Program-made: the position numbers and the translations under genes
Assembly: GCA_044225505.1 (NCBI GenBank)
Contig: JBGAIN010000052.1
Coordinates: 1 to 44,857, forward strand
Length of the DNA stretch: 44,857 nt
Direction of reading: 5' to 3'
From: Limisphaerales bacterium
GTDB lineage: Bacteria; Verrucomicrobiota; Verrucomicrobiia; Limisphaerales; SIBE01
Shown: positions 12,300 through 21,900 of the stretch, piece by piece
How positions within the stretch are numbered: position 1 is the stretch's first letter
Layout: every line of letters begins with the position of its first letter
The notes under the pieces: generated by a model
Told to the model about the DNA's origin: nothing
Seen by the model: the letters and a program-made list of their open reading frames with translations, nothing else
The model's database searches: none

Positions 12300-13745
12300 A
12301 TGAAGATTACACTCGCCAATGGTCAGATGATCCCCGTCGAGATGCACAAGGTTCGCATCGTTCAGAAGCTGAATCTGCCGCCGGCCGCCCGCCGTTTACA
12401 AGCCATGCAAGAAGCAGGGTACAACACGTTCCTATTGCGCACGCGCGATGTGTTTCTGGACATGTTGACGGACAGCGGCACGAACGCCATGAGCGACCAG
12501 CAATTGGCCGCGATGATGGTGGCGGACGACGCTTACGCGGGTAGCGAGAGCTTTTATCGACTCGCGGAGACGGTTCAAGACGTGCTGGGCTTCAAGTATA
12601 CGATGCCTGTCCACCAAGGCCGAGCGGCGGAACATCTCCTGGCCAAGGCGTTTGTCAAACCAGGCGATGTGGTCCTGATGAACTACCATTTCACCACCAC
12701 CAAAGCTCACTTTGAACTGGCGGGTGGCACGGTCGTCGAGATCTTCACGGACGAAGCCATGGATACCCAGAGCACCCATCCGTTCCGTGGCGACTTGGAT
12801 CTGAAGAAGCTCAAGGAGTGTATCCAACGCTACGGTGCGGCGAAGATTCCGTTCGTACGCATGGAAGCCACCACCAATCTGATTGGCGGCCAGCCGTTCT
12901 CTTTGGGCAATCTTCGGGAGGTCAAGAAGGTAGTGTCGGCGGCCGGGATCCCGTTGGTGTTTGATGGCAGCCTGATTTCGGAGAACGCCTACTTTATGAA
13001 GGAACGGGATGCCTCTTGTACTGGGATGTCCGTGGCCGAGATCGTCCGGGAAATGATGAGCTTAGTCGACATCCTGTATTTGTCTGCGCGCAAGAGCACG
13101 TGTGTGCGCGGTGGATTGATTGCCACAAATCGGAAGGAGTTATTTGATCGCATTTTGCCCTGGCTCCCCGTTTACGAGGGGTTTGCAACGTATGGTGGGA
13201 TGTCGATCAAGGAGGTGGAAGCGATGAGTGTGGGTTTGCGCGAGATGACCGAGTACGATGTGGCGAGTGCGTCGCCCGAACTGATCGAGTATTTCGTGCA
13301 TCGGCTGGTGGAAAGTGGCTTGCCTGCAGTCACCCCGGCTGGCGGTTTGGCTTGCCATTTGGACGCAAAACGATTCTTACCGCATCTGCCGCAAAGCCAA
13401 TATCCTGCCGGGGCGTTGGCGGCTGGCATCTATTTGGCGTCCGGCATCCGCAGCATGGAGCGGGGGACGATCTCGACCGATCGAGACGCCCAAGGGAACG
13501 ATGTCATGGCCGACCTCGAGTTGGCCCGTTTGGCCGTGCCGCGCCGGGTCTATACCGTGTCCCATATCGAATATGCCGTGGATCGCCTGATCTGGCTCTA
13601 CAAGAACCGGCATCTGATCGGCGGACTTAAATTTGTCGAAGAACCCAAGGTTCTCAGGTTCTTTTTCGGCCGACTGGAGCCCCTGGGCGATTGGGGCGGG
13701 CGATTGACCAAAGCATTCGCCGCGACCTTCGGAAACGCGTGTTGA
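12300..13745 (+). CDS. PLP-dependent beta-eliminating lyase, tryptophanase/tyrosine phenol-lyase family (TPL-like residues)
   Basis: DMLTDSGTNAMS, DAYAGS, HQGRAAE, SARK (PLP lysine), YEGFATYGGM, RSMERG, RLAVPRRVYT and LRFF. Confidence 0.92.
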   Translation: MKITLANGQMIPVEMHKVRIVQKLNLPPAARRLQAMQEAGYNTFLLRTRDVFLDMLTDSGTNAMSDQQLAAMMVADDAYAGSESFYRLAETVQDVLGFKYTMPVHQGRAAEHLLAKAFVKPGDVVLMNYHFTTTKAHFELAGGTVVEIFTDEAMDTQSTHPFRGDLDLKKLKECIQRYGAAKIPFVRMEATTNLIGGQPFSLGNLREVKKVVSAAGIPLVFDGSLISENAYFMKERDASCTGMSVAEIVREMMSLVDILYLSARKSTCVRGGLIATNRKELFDRILPWLPVYEGFATYGGMSIKEVEAMSVGLREMTEYDVASASPELIEYFVHRLVESGLPAVTPAGGLACHLDAKRFLPHLPQSQYPAGALAAGIYLASGIRSMERGTISTDRDAQGNDVMADLELARLAVPRRVYTVSHIEYAVDRLIWLYKNRHLIGGLKFVEEPKVLRFFFGRLEPLGDWGGRLTKAFAATFGNAC

Positions 13746-13794
13746 GGCCGCATGCCTGCCGCCTGGCTGGAAGAGCTTGGCGGAGCATTGCCAT

Positions 13795-14316
13795 TCAGGG
13801 GCTGCTGCAAGACTCCGGCACGCAAAAACCGATATGGCGCCGCGGCGGGTCTGGGGGTGGCTGGAGCAGGGGCAGGAGCTTCTCGTATAGGTCGCGCAAG
13901 GCGTTGTCATGAAGCAGCAAAGTGCGGTCAACTTCCGCGAGGCGCTTTAGCATCGCTGCGCTGGCGGTAATTCGTTCGCGCTGTTTGATAAACGCACGGA
14001 TGATAAATACGCTCATTTTTACCGCTGGAATGCTATGCAGGATGTTAGCTGCCATGAGCGCCCCGTGCTCGGTAAACGCATAAGGGAGTGTGGCGGCAAA
14101 TCGCAGACTTCGAAGGTGGTCACAACTTGTGACCACCTTTTCCTTCTCTTCGGCAGTGAGTCGGAAAGCGAAATCCGCTGGAAACCGTTGCTGGTTGCGG
14201 CGCACCGCTTGGTTTAGTGCCTTCGTCGGGACTCCGTAGAGCCGGGCCAGGTCCGCGTCGATCAGCACGCTGACGCCGCGGATCACCTGAATGGGAATGG
14301 GCTTTTGCGCGTGCAT
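13795..14316 (-). CDS. ORF6N domain DNA-binding protein
   Basis: IRG-x2-VLIDADLARLYGVPTKALNQAVRRN-x2-RFP-x-DF-x-F-x-LT and LPYAFTEHGALMAANIL; C-terminal coiled coil and RRxIGF tail. Confidence 0.92.
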   Translation of the reverse strand: MHAQKPIPIQVIRGVSVLIDADLARLYGVPTKALNQAVRRNQQRFPADFAFRLTAEEKEKVVTSCDHLRSLRFAATLPYAFTEHGALMAANILHSIPAVKMSVFIIRAFIKQRERITASAAMLKRLAEVDRTLLLHDNALRDLYEKLLPLLQPPPDPPRRHIGFCVPESCSSP

Positions 14317-14452
14317 GAGGTTCCAATGTTGAGGCTCAGCCTATCAGAACCGGTTGGACATCCGCTGTCCATGGCTCCGCGTTTGTTTCAAGCGCCCGCT
14401 TTGCCCCCTGGACCGTGCGTCGCGTCGCGCGCGTTCGTTACCCGCGACCCTC

Positions 14453-16102
14453 TCAGAAGGTGCGCGCTCGATAGAACCGGTTCGTAAACTGGGTGATGTT
14501 AGGATCGAGGTATTCGACGACGCCATTGGTGGTCGTAACGAATCCTAGCGAAGTCCAGGTTCTAAGGTCGGAGCTGGCTTCCAAAGCGTAATTGGCACTG
14601 GAGTCTCCCGTAACCCGCAGCACCGGCTTGCCCGCGTTCGGACGGTTCATCTGTAAACTCGGCCGTGAACCTGGCGGGGTAGTGGAGGCAGGTTTGCTGG
14701 CGACCACTCGGAACTCGTCGAAAACCATGAATTCGTCGCCCGGGAGCGTGCCATCGCGGAGCTGCCATTGTGCATCGATGCTCTCCAGGGAGAGCGTCAG
14801 GTTGGTTGTTGTGATCGGCTGGTTTGTTGCCACAACACGGGAGTCAAGCGTCGCGTACCAGCGGTTGGCCGCGAAATTCATACTCAGTGTGAATCGATAC
14901 GGCACCGCGTTGGTGTAGGTAATACCGCTGTCTTGATAGTCGCTATCGCCAATCAGGTAGTAAACCGGGTGATCCCCGTCGCCCGCGGGAAACTCAAACG
15001 AGAGCAATCGCTTGCCGTCGCTATTGAAGAAGGCCCAATCAAACCAACCGCTCCGATTCGTGGTGGACGCGTGCACTGCCATATCCACCGAGAATGTCAG
15101 ATTCGATAGCCCCCGGTCGCCAGGGCGATAGTTCACCGGATAACCTACAGCATGGAAATCGCCACTTTCCGTTGGGGCCTTGAATCCCAAGAAAGCGGTT
15201 TGCAGCTGCCCATCAAAAAAGTTACTAACGAACCCATCTCCGCCATCCCCCGATCCAAGCCAGCCATTTTGTCCGACGAGCTTCTGGTCGAACTGGAATC
15301 CTTCAGATGACTCAAAACTAGTTGAATAAAGGACCATCTCCGCGACCGTGGGAAGTGGCTCAGCGGAGAGATGAAACTCGTCAAAGACCATAAACTCATT
15401 GCCAGGCGCATGACCGTCAAACAAAGCCCACTGGGCGTCGATATTACCCAGAGTCAGGCGATTCGTGCTGGTCGTGATCGGTTGGTTGGTCGCCAGGGGC
15501 TTGGAGTCCAGCGTTGCGCTCCATAAATTGGAGGCAAAATCCATGCGCACGGTCAGCGTGTAGGCCAGCGCATTGGTGAAGGTTTGGCCGGTGTTCTGAT
15601 AATCGCCCGTGCCGAGCTTATAAAAGACCGACTGAGCACCGCTCCCGCTGGGGAATTCCAAGGAGAAAAGGAGTTTGCCGTCGGCATTAAACACCGCCCA
15701 ATCGAACCAACCTTGATGATTGGTAGTCGAGGCGTAGACCGCCATTACGGTGGAAAACGTCACCAGGGGCATTCCCGACGCCGAAGGATCAAAGTTCACG
15801 GAGTGCCCTACAGCGTGGAAATCTCCCGCACTGACTGGCGGACGAAAGCCAATAAAAGCATTTTGCACCTGGTTCGCGAAAAAGTTCGTTACAATTCCGT
15901 CCCCGCCATTTCCCGCGCCTAACCAGCCATTCTGTCCGACCAAGTCGATGCCTGTCTTGTAGCCCTCACTGGCTTCAAAGCTGGTCGAGAAAAGATTGGT
16001 TGCCGCGGACGTGGCGAGTGCGCTGGCATAGAATATCGTGGCGATCACCAAGAGCGGAAAACGGACTTGCCAAGGCTGGACGCGGCTCAGGTTCTGTTCC
16101 AT
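14453..16102 (-). CDS. Secreted protein with two tandem ~221-aa beta-sandwich repeats and a conserved C-terminal DLxxW...RFYR domain
   Basis: Signal peptide after MEQN (16102). Repeats begin LFSTSFEASEG (15994) and LYSTSFESSEG (15331), a 663-nt period. A P/T linker precedes the terminal domain. Confidence 0.8.
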   Translation of the reverse strand: MEQNLSRVQPWQVRFPLLVIATIFYASALATSAATNLFSTSFEASEGYKTGIDLVGQNGWLGAGNGGDGIVTNFFANQVQNAFIGFRPPVSAGDFHAVGHSVNFDPSASGMPLVTFSTVMAVYASTTNHQGWFDWAVFNADGKLLFSLEFPSGSGAQSVFYKLGTGDYQNTGQTFTNALAYTLTVRMDFASNLWSATLDSKPLATNQPITTSTNRLTLGNIDAQWALFDGHAPGNEFMVFDEFHLSAEPLPTVAEMVLYSTSFESSEGFQFDQKLVGQNGWLGSGDGGDGFVSNFFDGQLQTAFLGFKAPTESGDFHAVGYPVNYRPGDRGLSNLTFSVDMAVHASTTNRSGWFDWAFFNSDGKRLLSFEFPAGDGDHPVYYLIGDSDYQDSGITYTNAVPYRFTLSMNFAANRWYATLDSRVVATNQPITTTNLTLSLESIDAQWQLRDGTLPGDEFMVFDEFRVVASKPASTTPPGSRPSLQMNRPNAGKPVLRVTGDSSANYALEASSDLRTWTSLGFVTTTNGVVEYLDPNITQFTNRFYRARTF

Positions 16103-16178
16103 GGATCCGGAATTTAGCAGCGATTCGCCAAGGTGCCTAGTCCTGAACCTCGCGTTCCCTGGTTGGAGCGAGTGGTCA

Positions 16179-16207
16179 TTGTAAATTCTCGGTGACGCTT
16201 CTAGAAT
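16179..16207 (+). promoter_or_regulatory. sigma70-type promoter of the beta-helix/GEVED gene
   Basis: TTGTAA-17 nt-TAGAAT, ending 13 nt before the TTG at 16221. Confidence 0.55.
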
Positions 16208-16220
16208 ACGAGCGTCGACC

Positions 16221-18113
16221 TTGAAGACGATCTCGACGCTATCTTGGATATGGATTGCCTTTATGCTGCTCCGCGGCACGCCCCGCGAGGTGCTGGGAGG
16301 GGTGTACTCTTTAGATTTTTCGACGTTCAATCCTCAGGCAGATTCCGTGCTGGAGCCGGGCAAAGTCTATGACGGCAGCACGGCGGATCGAGTGGACGAC
16401 TTTCTGCGCAAGGTTCCAGAGAACAGCACCATCCACCTTGGGAGAAACACCTTCGAGACTCGAGGCGTCTGGGATATTTGGCTGGGAGACTTGACCAAAG
16501 GGTTTCGTCTGAAATCCGGATGGACCATCCTCGGGGCAGGGACCAACAGCGCGGGAGGAACGGTCTTGCGCTTAATCGACGTGCCGGTGGACAAAAGTGG
16601 GCTTTACAACAATAACTCGGTCCTTTCGACGGGAGGCGCTGGCCTCTACAGCGAGAACCGGCCCGTGCACCTCCGTCCAAATGTGAATCACGTCGCCATC
16701 CGAGATTTGCAGGTGGACTGCAATTATCCGACCTTAGCGAAGCAGAAGGGGACCACCGCGTTGCAGTTGTCGGGGATTCAAATTCTGGGCAATTCGGACA
16801 TTACAATCAGCAATGTGCTCGTGCGCAATGCGGTTTCGAAGAAGCTCGATCACCGAGGGCGGCAGTTTGAATGCTTTCAGGTCTACGTTTATAATAAGTG
16901 GTCGACGAATCTCCCTGGCTCGTACTTTTTAGATCGGATCGCGATCGCGGAGTACCAAGGCGGGTACACGTCAGCGATCTGCGTCAATGGCCACGCTTCG
17001 GGCTCGATTCGGAATTGCACGGTGGACTTAGCCCCAGACGGTACTCAGCAATACGGGCTGAACTTCGCCGCTGGGATTGAGCATTTCACAATCGCGAACA
17101 ATCGCGTCAGTAACGTGAGCCGCGGCATCAATAATGATACGGGACCGGTCTGCAAGGACGTGCGAATCGTGGGGAACCGATTGCTGCAATGTGCGACCGG
17201 CATGCTGTTGGCCAATAGCGTCAGCAACATCATCGCGGCCAATTCGATCGAGTTGAACGGGACCGGGACGGGGATTGCCATCCGGTGTCATCCAACGATG
17301 GAGCATGTCAAATCGAGCGCTTGCACGGTGATTAGCAATAGTCTTTCCGGGCCAGGCGGGGAGGGCATCAGCTTGTGTTATGCCAACGAGTTTACACCTT
17401 TGGATACTTCCCTCTATTGGTCGACCAACAATATCGTGCAGAACAACGTGCTCTCGCCCGCGCTGGAGAACAAAATTCCGCCTGCCTCCGTGGCTCAGAA
17501 CCTCGTTCGACCGGGCAATCGACGGCACGTCGAAAACTATGCCGCCTGTAATCGCGCGAATCAGTTGGTCAATCTCGCTGCTGTTGGATTCCCGTCGGAT
17601 ATTGGGATCGGGGCGGCTTGTGCTTATCCTGAAGCGAGGGCCGTTGACACCGGCTACGGTTATATAGCGCGGGTCAAATTGAGCGGGACGGCGTTGGATA
17701 TGAAATCCGACTGGGGAAACGGTTCGGGTTACACCGACTTCACCACGGGTTACCCGTTAGGAGAAGGACGGAACAAATTACGTCGAACCTATTACGTGCA
17801 ATCCGCGGATGTGCATCGTGGGCAGCGCTACAAAATGACCATCGATGCGGGCGGATTTAAGTATCCCATGCCTGCGAGTTTTCGCGTTTACATTGACTGG
17901 AACCACAATGGGAGTTTTGAAGAGCCCGATGATCTGGTTCTGTCCGAGGCTAGCCGAAGTTCAGTGAATCGCAATCTCACGATTCCCGAGGGTGCTCCAG
18001 TAGGTTCTACTCGGATGCGAGTCATATTGGCGTGCGGCCGAATTCCTGGCCCGGCGGATTCCAAAACGTTTTGGGGCGAGGTGGAAGACTACACGCTAAA
18101 CGTCGTTCCCTGA
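16221..18113 (+). CDS. Secreted right-handed parallel beta-helix protein with C-terminal GEVED domain
   Basis: Signal peptide; Asn/Ile-rich beta-helix repeats (TIANNRV, RIVGNRL, IIAANSI, IVQNNVL); YIDWNHNGSFE, GSTRMRV and terminal GEVEDYTLNV. Confidence 0.85.
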   Translation: MKTISTLSWIWIAFMLLRGTPREVLGGVYSLDFSTFNPQADSVLEPGKVYDGSTADRVDDFLRKVPENSTIHLGRNTFETRGVWDIWLGDLTKGFRLKSGWTILGAGTNSAGGTVLRLIDVPVDKSGLYNNNSVLSTGGAGLYSENRPVHLRPNVNHVAIRDLQVDCNYPTLAKQKGTTALQLSGIQILGNSDITISNVLVRNAVSKKLDHRGRQFECFQVYVYNKWSTNLPGSYFLDRIAIAEYQGGYTSAICVNGHASGSIRNCTVDLAPDGTQQYGLNFAAGIEHFTIANNRVSNVSRGINNDTGPVCKDVRIVGNRLLQCATGMLLANSVSNIIAANSIELNGTGTGIAIRCHPTMEHVKSSACTVISNSLSGPGGEGISLCYANEFTPLDTSLYWSTNNIVQNNVLSPALENKIPPASVAQNLVRPGNRRHVENYAACNRANQLVNLAAVGFPSDIGIGAACAYPEARAVDTGYGYIARVKLSGTALDMKSDWGNGSGYTDFTTGYPLGEGRNKLRRTYYVQSADVHRGQRYKMTIDAGGFKYPMPASFRVYIDWNHNGSFEEPDDLVLSEASRSSVNRNLTIPEGAPVGSTRMRVILACGRIPGPADSKTFWGEVEDYTLNVVP

Positions 18114-18185
18114 AATGCTCTGGCAGGTCGGATCTCGTGGCCAAGGACTTGGAGGGTCTGTTTCTCCACTCATTGTTTGACCCCT

Positions 18186-18974
18186 TTACGGGAGGAGCAG
18201 CGCACGGTAAAACCGCTGCGGTAATGTTAAGGCATTGGTATCCGACACTCGCATCGAGCCATTGGCTGACAAAGGAAGTCCCAGCACCGTCCAAGTGCGC
18301 AGGTCCGGGGATGTTTGCACTGAGTAACTCCGCCCTGGATTACCGGTAAGTTCCAACTGCATCCCGACGCTTCGATCAAAGAGCACCGAGGTGAAGTGAG
18401 CGTCAATTCCGCTGGCGGAGACCGTCAACACTCCGTTGAGCGTCGTGACCGGAGCAATCTTCTTGAAAGTACCGTCCGACAAGACCACATCGCTCAGCTG
18501 GATCGTTGCTGCACCCTGGGGCGCGGTGGCGGCGATGGTGATCGGAACATTGACGAGCACACCGGTGGGCAAAGGTTCGCTCCGCTTCGAGTAAACGAGG
18601 ACTCGTCGGACGCCTGGTGTGGTCTCGCGTGAATCCACAATCACATCAGAGAGAGGGGACTCCAAGACGGCGCCATCCGAGAAAAGGTTTCCCGGGGTGT
18701 AGGAAACGTCAAACTGCGCGCCAACGACAGTCGAATTGCTCGTCAGGCGGATCGGCACGAGAACAGTGCTCCCTGCAACGCCAGATCCTGTCCCGACAGC
18801 GAGCTCTGTGGCGGCAAACCCAGCCTGCGGCGTCAAAGTGCTCAGGAGCAGACCGAGTATTCCCAGTTTTATCAGCGGTCCCCAAAGACGGGCTCGCGAT
18901 GGCGGGAACGCTGCGTCTGCAGCGGTGCTCCCAGCGTCCCAGCAGCCAAAGACGGGAAAGATTGTCAGACTCAT
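18186..18974 (-). CDS. Single cohesin-domain secreted protein with conserved C-terminal DLxxW...RFYR domain
   Basis: Hydrophobic signal (aa ~30-55). Cohesin-like pattern GSTVLVPIRL..VVGAQFDVSY..G..RVLVYS..G.LV.V.I.I...A..G...IQL..V.LSD..NGVLTV. The ATG overlaps the upstream stop (ATGA, 18971-18974). Confidence 0.8.
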   Translation of the reverse strand: MSLTIFPVFGCWDAGSTAADAAFPPSRARLWGPLIKLGILGLLLSTLTPQAGFAATELAVGTGSGVAGSTVLVPIRLTSNSTVVGAQFDVSYTPGNLFSDGAVLESPLSDVIVDSRETTPGVRRVLVYSKRSEPLPTGVLVNVPITIAATAPQGAATIQLSDVVLSDGTFKKIAPVTTLNGVLTVSASGIDAHFTSVLFDRSVGMQLELTGNPGRSYSVQTSPDLRTWTVLGLPLSANGSMRVSDTNALTLPQRFYRALLLP

Positions 18975-21900
18975 GGTTCGCGCTTTGTTTCGATCTCGTA
19001 AGTTCCTACCTCGGACTCCCGGTCATCGCCGACCGTGAGCGTGTAGGTCCCTTTCTTAAACGTAAAGGTTCCAGGCTCCGAACAGCCCAGGCAACTTCGG
19101 AAAATCTGCGTCCCGGCGGCATCTTCCAATAACCAATCCGCAAACGACAAAGTTGTGGTAACAACGCGGAACGAAATCTTGTCTCCGTCTTGCGCTTCGA
19201 AGGTATAGACATCTTTGGATCCGGGCGTCTCAATTCGACCTGCCCCTGGTCCGGGAATATCCGGACCAACATTCTGTCCGATCGAAAGTGGAAATGTACT
19301 GAACGGCGGGATATCCCATAATTTGAATGAGTATGCTCCCGTGGTAAAGAAATCTCGATCGTCAACGACGATCGTGTAAGTTCCGCCGCGAGTCAGGGTG
19401 AAAGCGCCGGGCTCGAACGCATTGAAACCTTCGGAAAAAATGCGTTCGCCCGTCTGGTCTCGCAAGGTCCAGTTTTTGAAGTCAAACGGGTCGTACTCAC
19501 CTAACAACTGAAAATAGACCCGCTGTCCTGGAGTGGCCGTAAAGGTATAGATGTCCTGCACGCCTGGAGTTTCCACGAGGCCCGCGCCGGGGCCGGGAAC
19601 GTTATTCGTGATGGTGTCGCCCACCGCAATCGTGAACTGCTGCGAAGGTGGGACATCCCAGATCTTAAACTCGTACGTTCCGGTATCGGGCGGGGTGGGG
19701 TCGAAGGAAAACTCCAGGCCGTTGCCGAGCTTCAAGAAGTAGGTTCCGCCCTTCTTGAACGTCAGCACGCCCGGGTTGAGGCAGCGGACGCAGTCGGACG
19801 TAATATAACCTTCTTCATTCTCCAGGCGCCATTGCAGAGGCGAGCTTGGGGACGGCTCTTTAAAGTCAAAGTACACCTGTTGATTCGATTGCACCGTGAA
19901 TCGATAGACATCAATCGCGCCGGGTATCTCCAGATTGCCTGCACCTGGCGCGGGAAAACCGTTGGTCACCGCATCCCCCAAGTGGAGCGAGAATTCTTGC
20001 GGCACAACATCCCAGAACTTGAACTGATAGCTCCCAGTCTGATTGGTCCCTCCTTCGCCCACCGTTAGCGTGTATAATCCGCCTTCCTCCAGTTGAAAAC
20101 GGCCAACGTTGCCGTCCGCCAGTTTACTGGCAAAATACAATTCGCCCTCGGCACTTTCCAATTTCCATTCCACGCAGCATGGGATCGTATTGCTGATCAA
20201 GCTGAGATAGACGATCTGTCCTGGCTGCGCGGTGAACGTATAAAAGTCCTTCGCGCCCGGGTATTCGATGACGCCAGCTCCAGCGGTCGGACTACCGTTC
20301 CCTACGACATCACCAATTTGAATTGGATACTGGTCCGGGACGAACTGGCGACCGTCCGGAACTCCATCGCCGTCACTATCGACCGCGTCCGGACTGGTTC
20401 CCAAAATCAGTTCAGGCAGATCTGGCAATCCATCCTTGTCACTGTCTGCGGAATGATCTTCATGGAGGAGGACGGCAGGCAGATTAAGCGTCAAGCCTGG
20501 GTCAGGGGTCGTGAAATCGGAACTGCCAAGCATCATCGTTCGGGCTTGCAGGATGAACTGCCGGTAATGGGTATTGGGAGCGAGAATGAGATTATGGAAC
20601 GCTTGGCCGTTGCTGTCTGCTTTACCTCGTTGCTCCACCTTCCCGGTATCCAGGTTGAGAAGCGCAAAGTAATGCAGGCCAACTTGCGGGGACGGATCGG
20701 GTTCCTCAAAACTGAGTGGGTCGCTCCCTTCCAAGACCTCAAGCCCGTCCGACACACCATCGCCATCGGTATCCGCACGGCTGGGATCGGTGCCGAGCAT
20801 TAGCTCTTGACGATTGGTAAGTCCGTCGCCGTCGGCATCTTTTTCCGCGTCGGTTGGATCGTTGGCGTTTAACCCGTGCGCCCGTTCCCATTCGTCCGGC
20901 ATACCATCTCCATCCAGATCTCGAGGAGACCGCACGGTCAACGTGACTGTCGTTGCCAGGTCGAAGTCCTCCATCTCGATGTCTTCCAGATACCAAACGC
21001 GGATATCGACTCTGCCCGGCTTCAAGCCATCGACGCTGCCGTCCGGGTTGACACGGACGACTTGCCCGTTGCTCGCGCGGTACTGAATGCCCGAGGCGTG
21101 GGTCAAGTCCGCTTTGCTGCCATCGGAGTAAATGCCAGTGACTTTGATCTGGGCTTTTCCACCCGGGTCGATGACCGCGGGATTGACCTCAGCGACGATT
21201 TCGACGAGGGTCCGCAACACTTTCGGGCGTGGCCCTGGGGGTGGACAGGCAGGGAAACCTTTGGCGCCGGCGTATTTGAGAACGCGCTGCGCCAACTCGT
21301 CGTTGTACTTCTGTCCTTCGTGATAAGCGCCGTCGTCGTGTTTAGCGCTGTGGTTGATGTTGAACTTGATCTGTTCTTCCCAATAGTTCGCCTGCATTTT
21401 GCGAAAGGCGTCGTTGGCGTTTTCCTGCAGGATGTCCGCCGCGTCTCCTGCAGACACGGTGCAAGGGATGCAGAGCGACTCCATCGCGAACTCGGCTAAG
21501 CGCCAATGCTTGCGCACCAATTCGGGAATGTCGACGTCCCGGTGATAGTACTCATGCGCTCGGGTTGCTGCCAGCGACTGCCACTTCCCGCGTCCGAGCT
21601 TGGCGTATTCCTGGAGATAACGAAGCATCTCGCAATAGTTACCCGAAGTGACGTTGCCGCCGTCGACCGGGTTTGGCTCCTGGCTCCCCAGAATCGAAAT
21701 GTTCACGAATCCATCGACGTCCATGGTACTCGCCTGGAAACGACGGCACTTCGACGTTGGGTCGTAACAGGTGCTACCGTCGTAATCAAAATCTCTCACC
21801 ACTGTATGCGGTTCCACCTTCGGATTGTTTTCCTCGGTCCAGTGAAAGCCGAGGATCGCGGGCGCATCGGCGCGGCAGGCATCCGACGGTGGATCTCCTT

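Noticed and set aside
12211..12303. 30-aa uORF with a single Trp overlapping the lyase start (TnaC-like leader?)
   Set aside because: It lacks the W-x3-D spacing and terminal Pro-stop of TnaC, has no spacer for Rho termination, and has no RBS.
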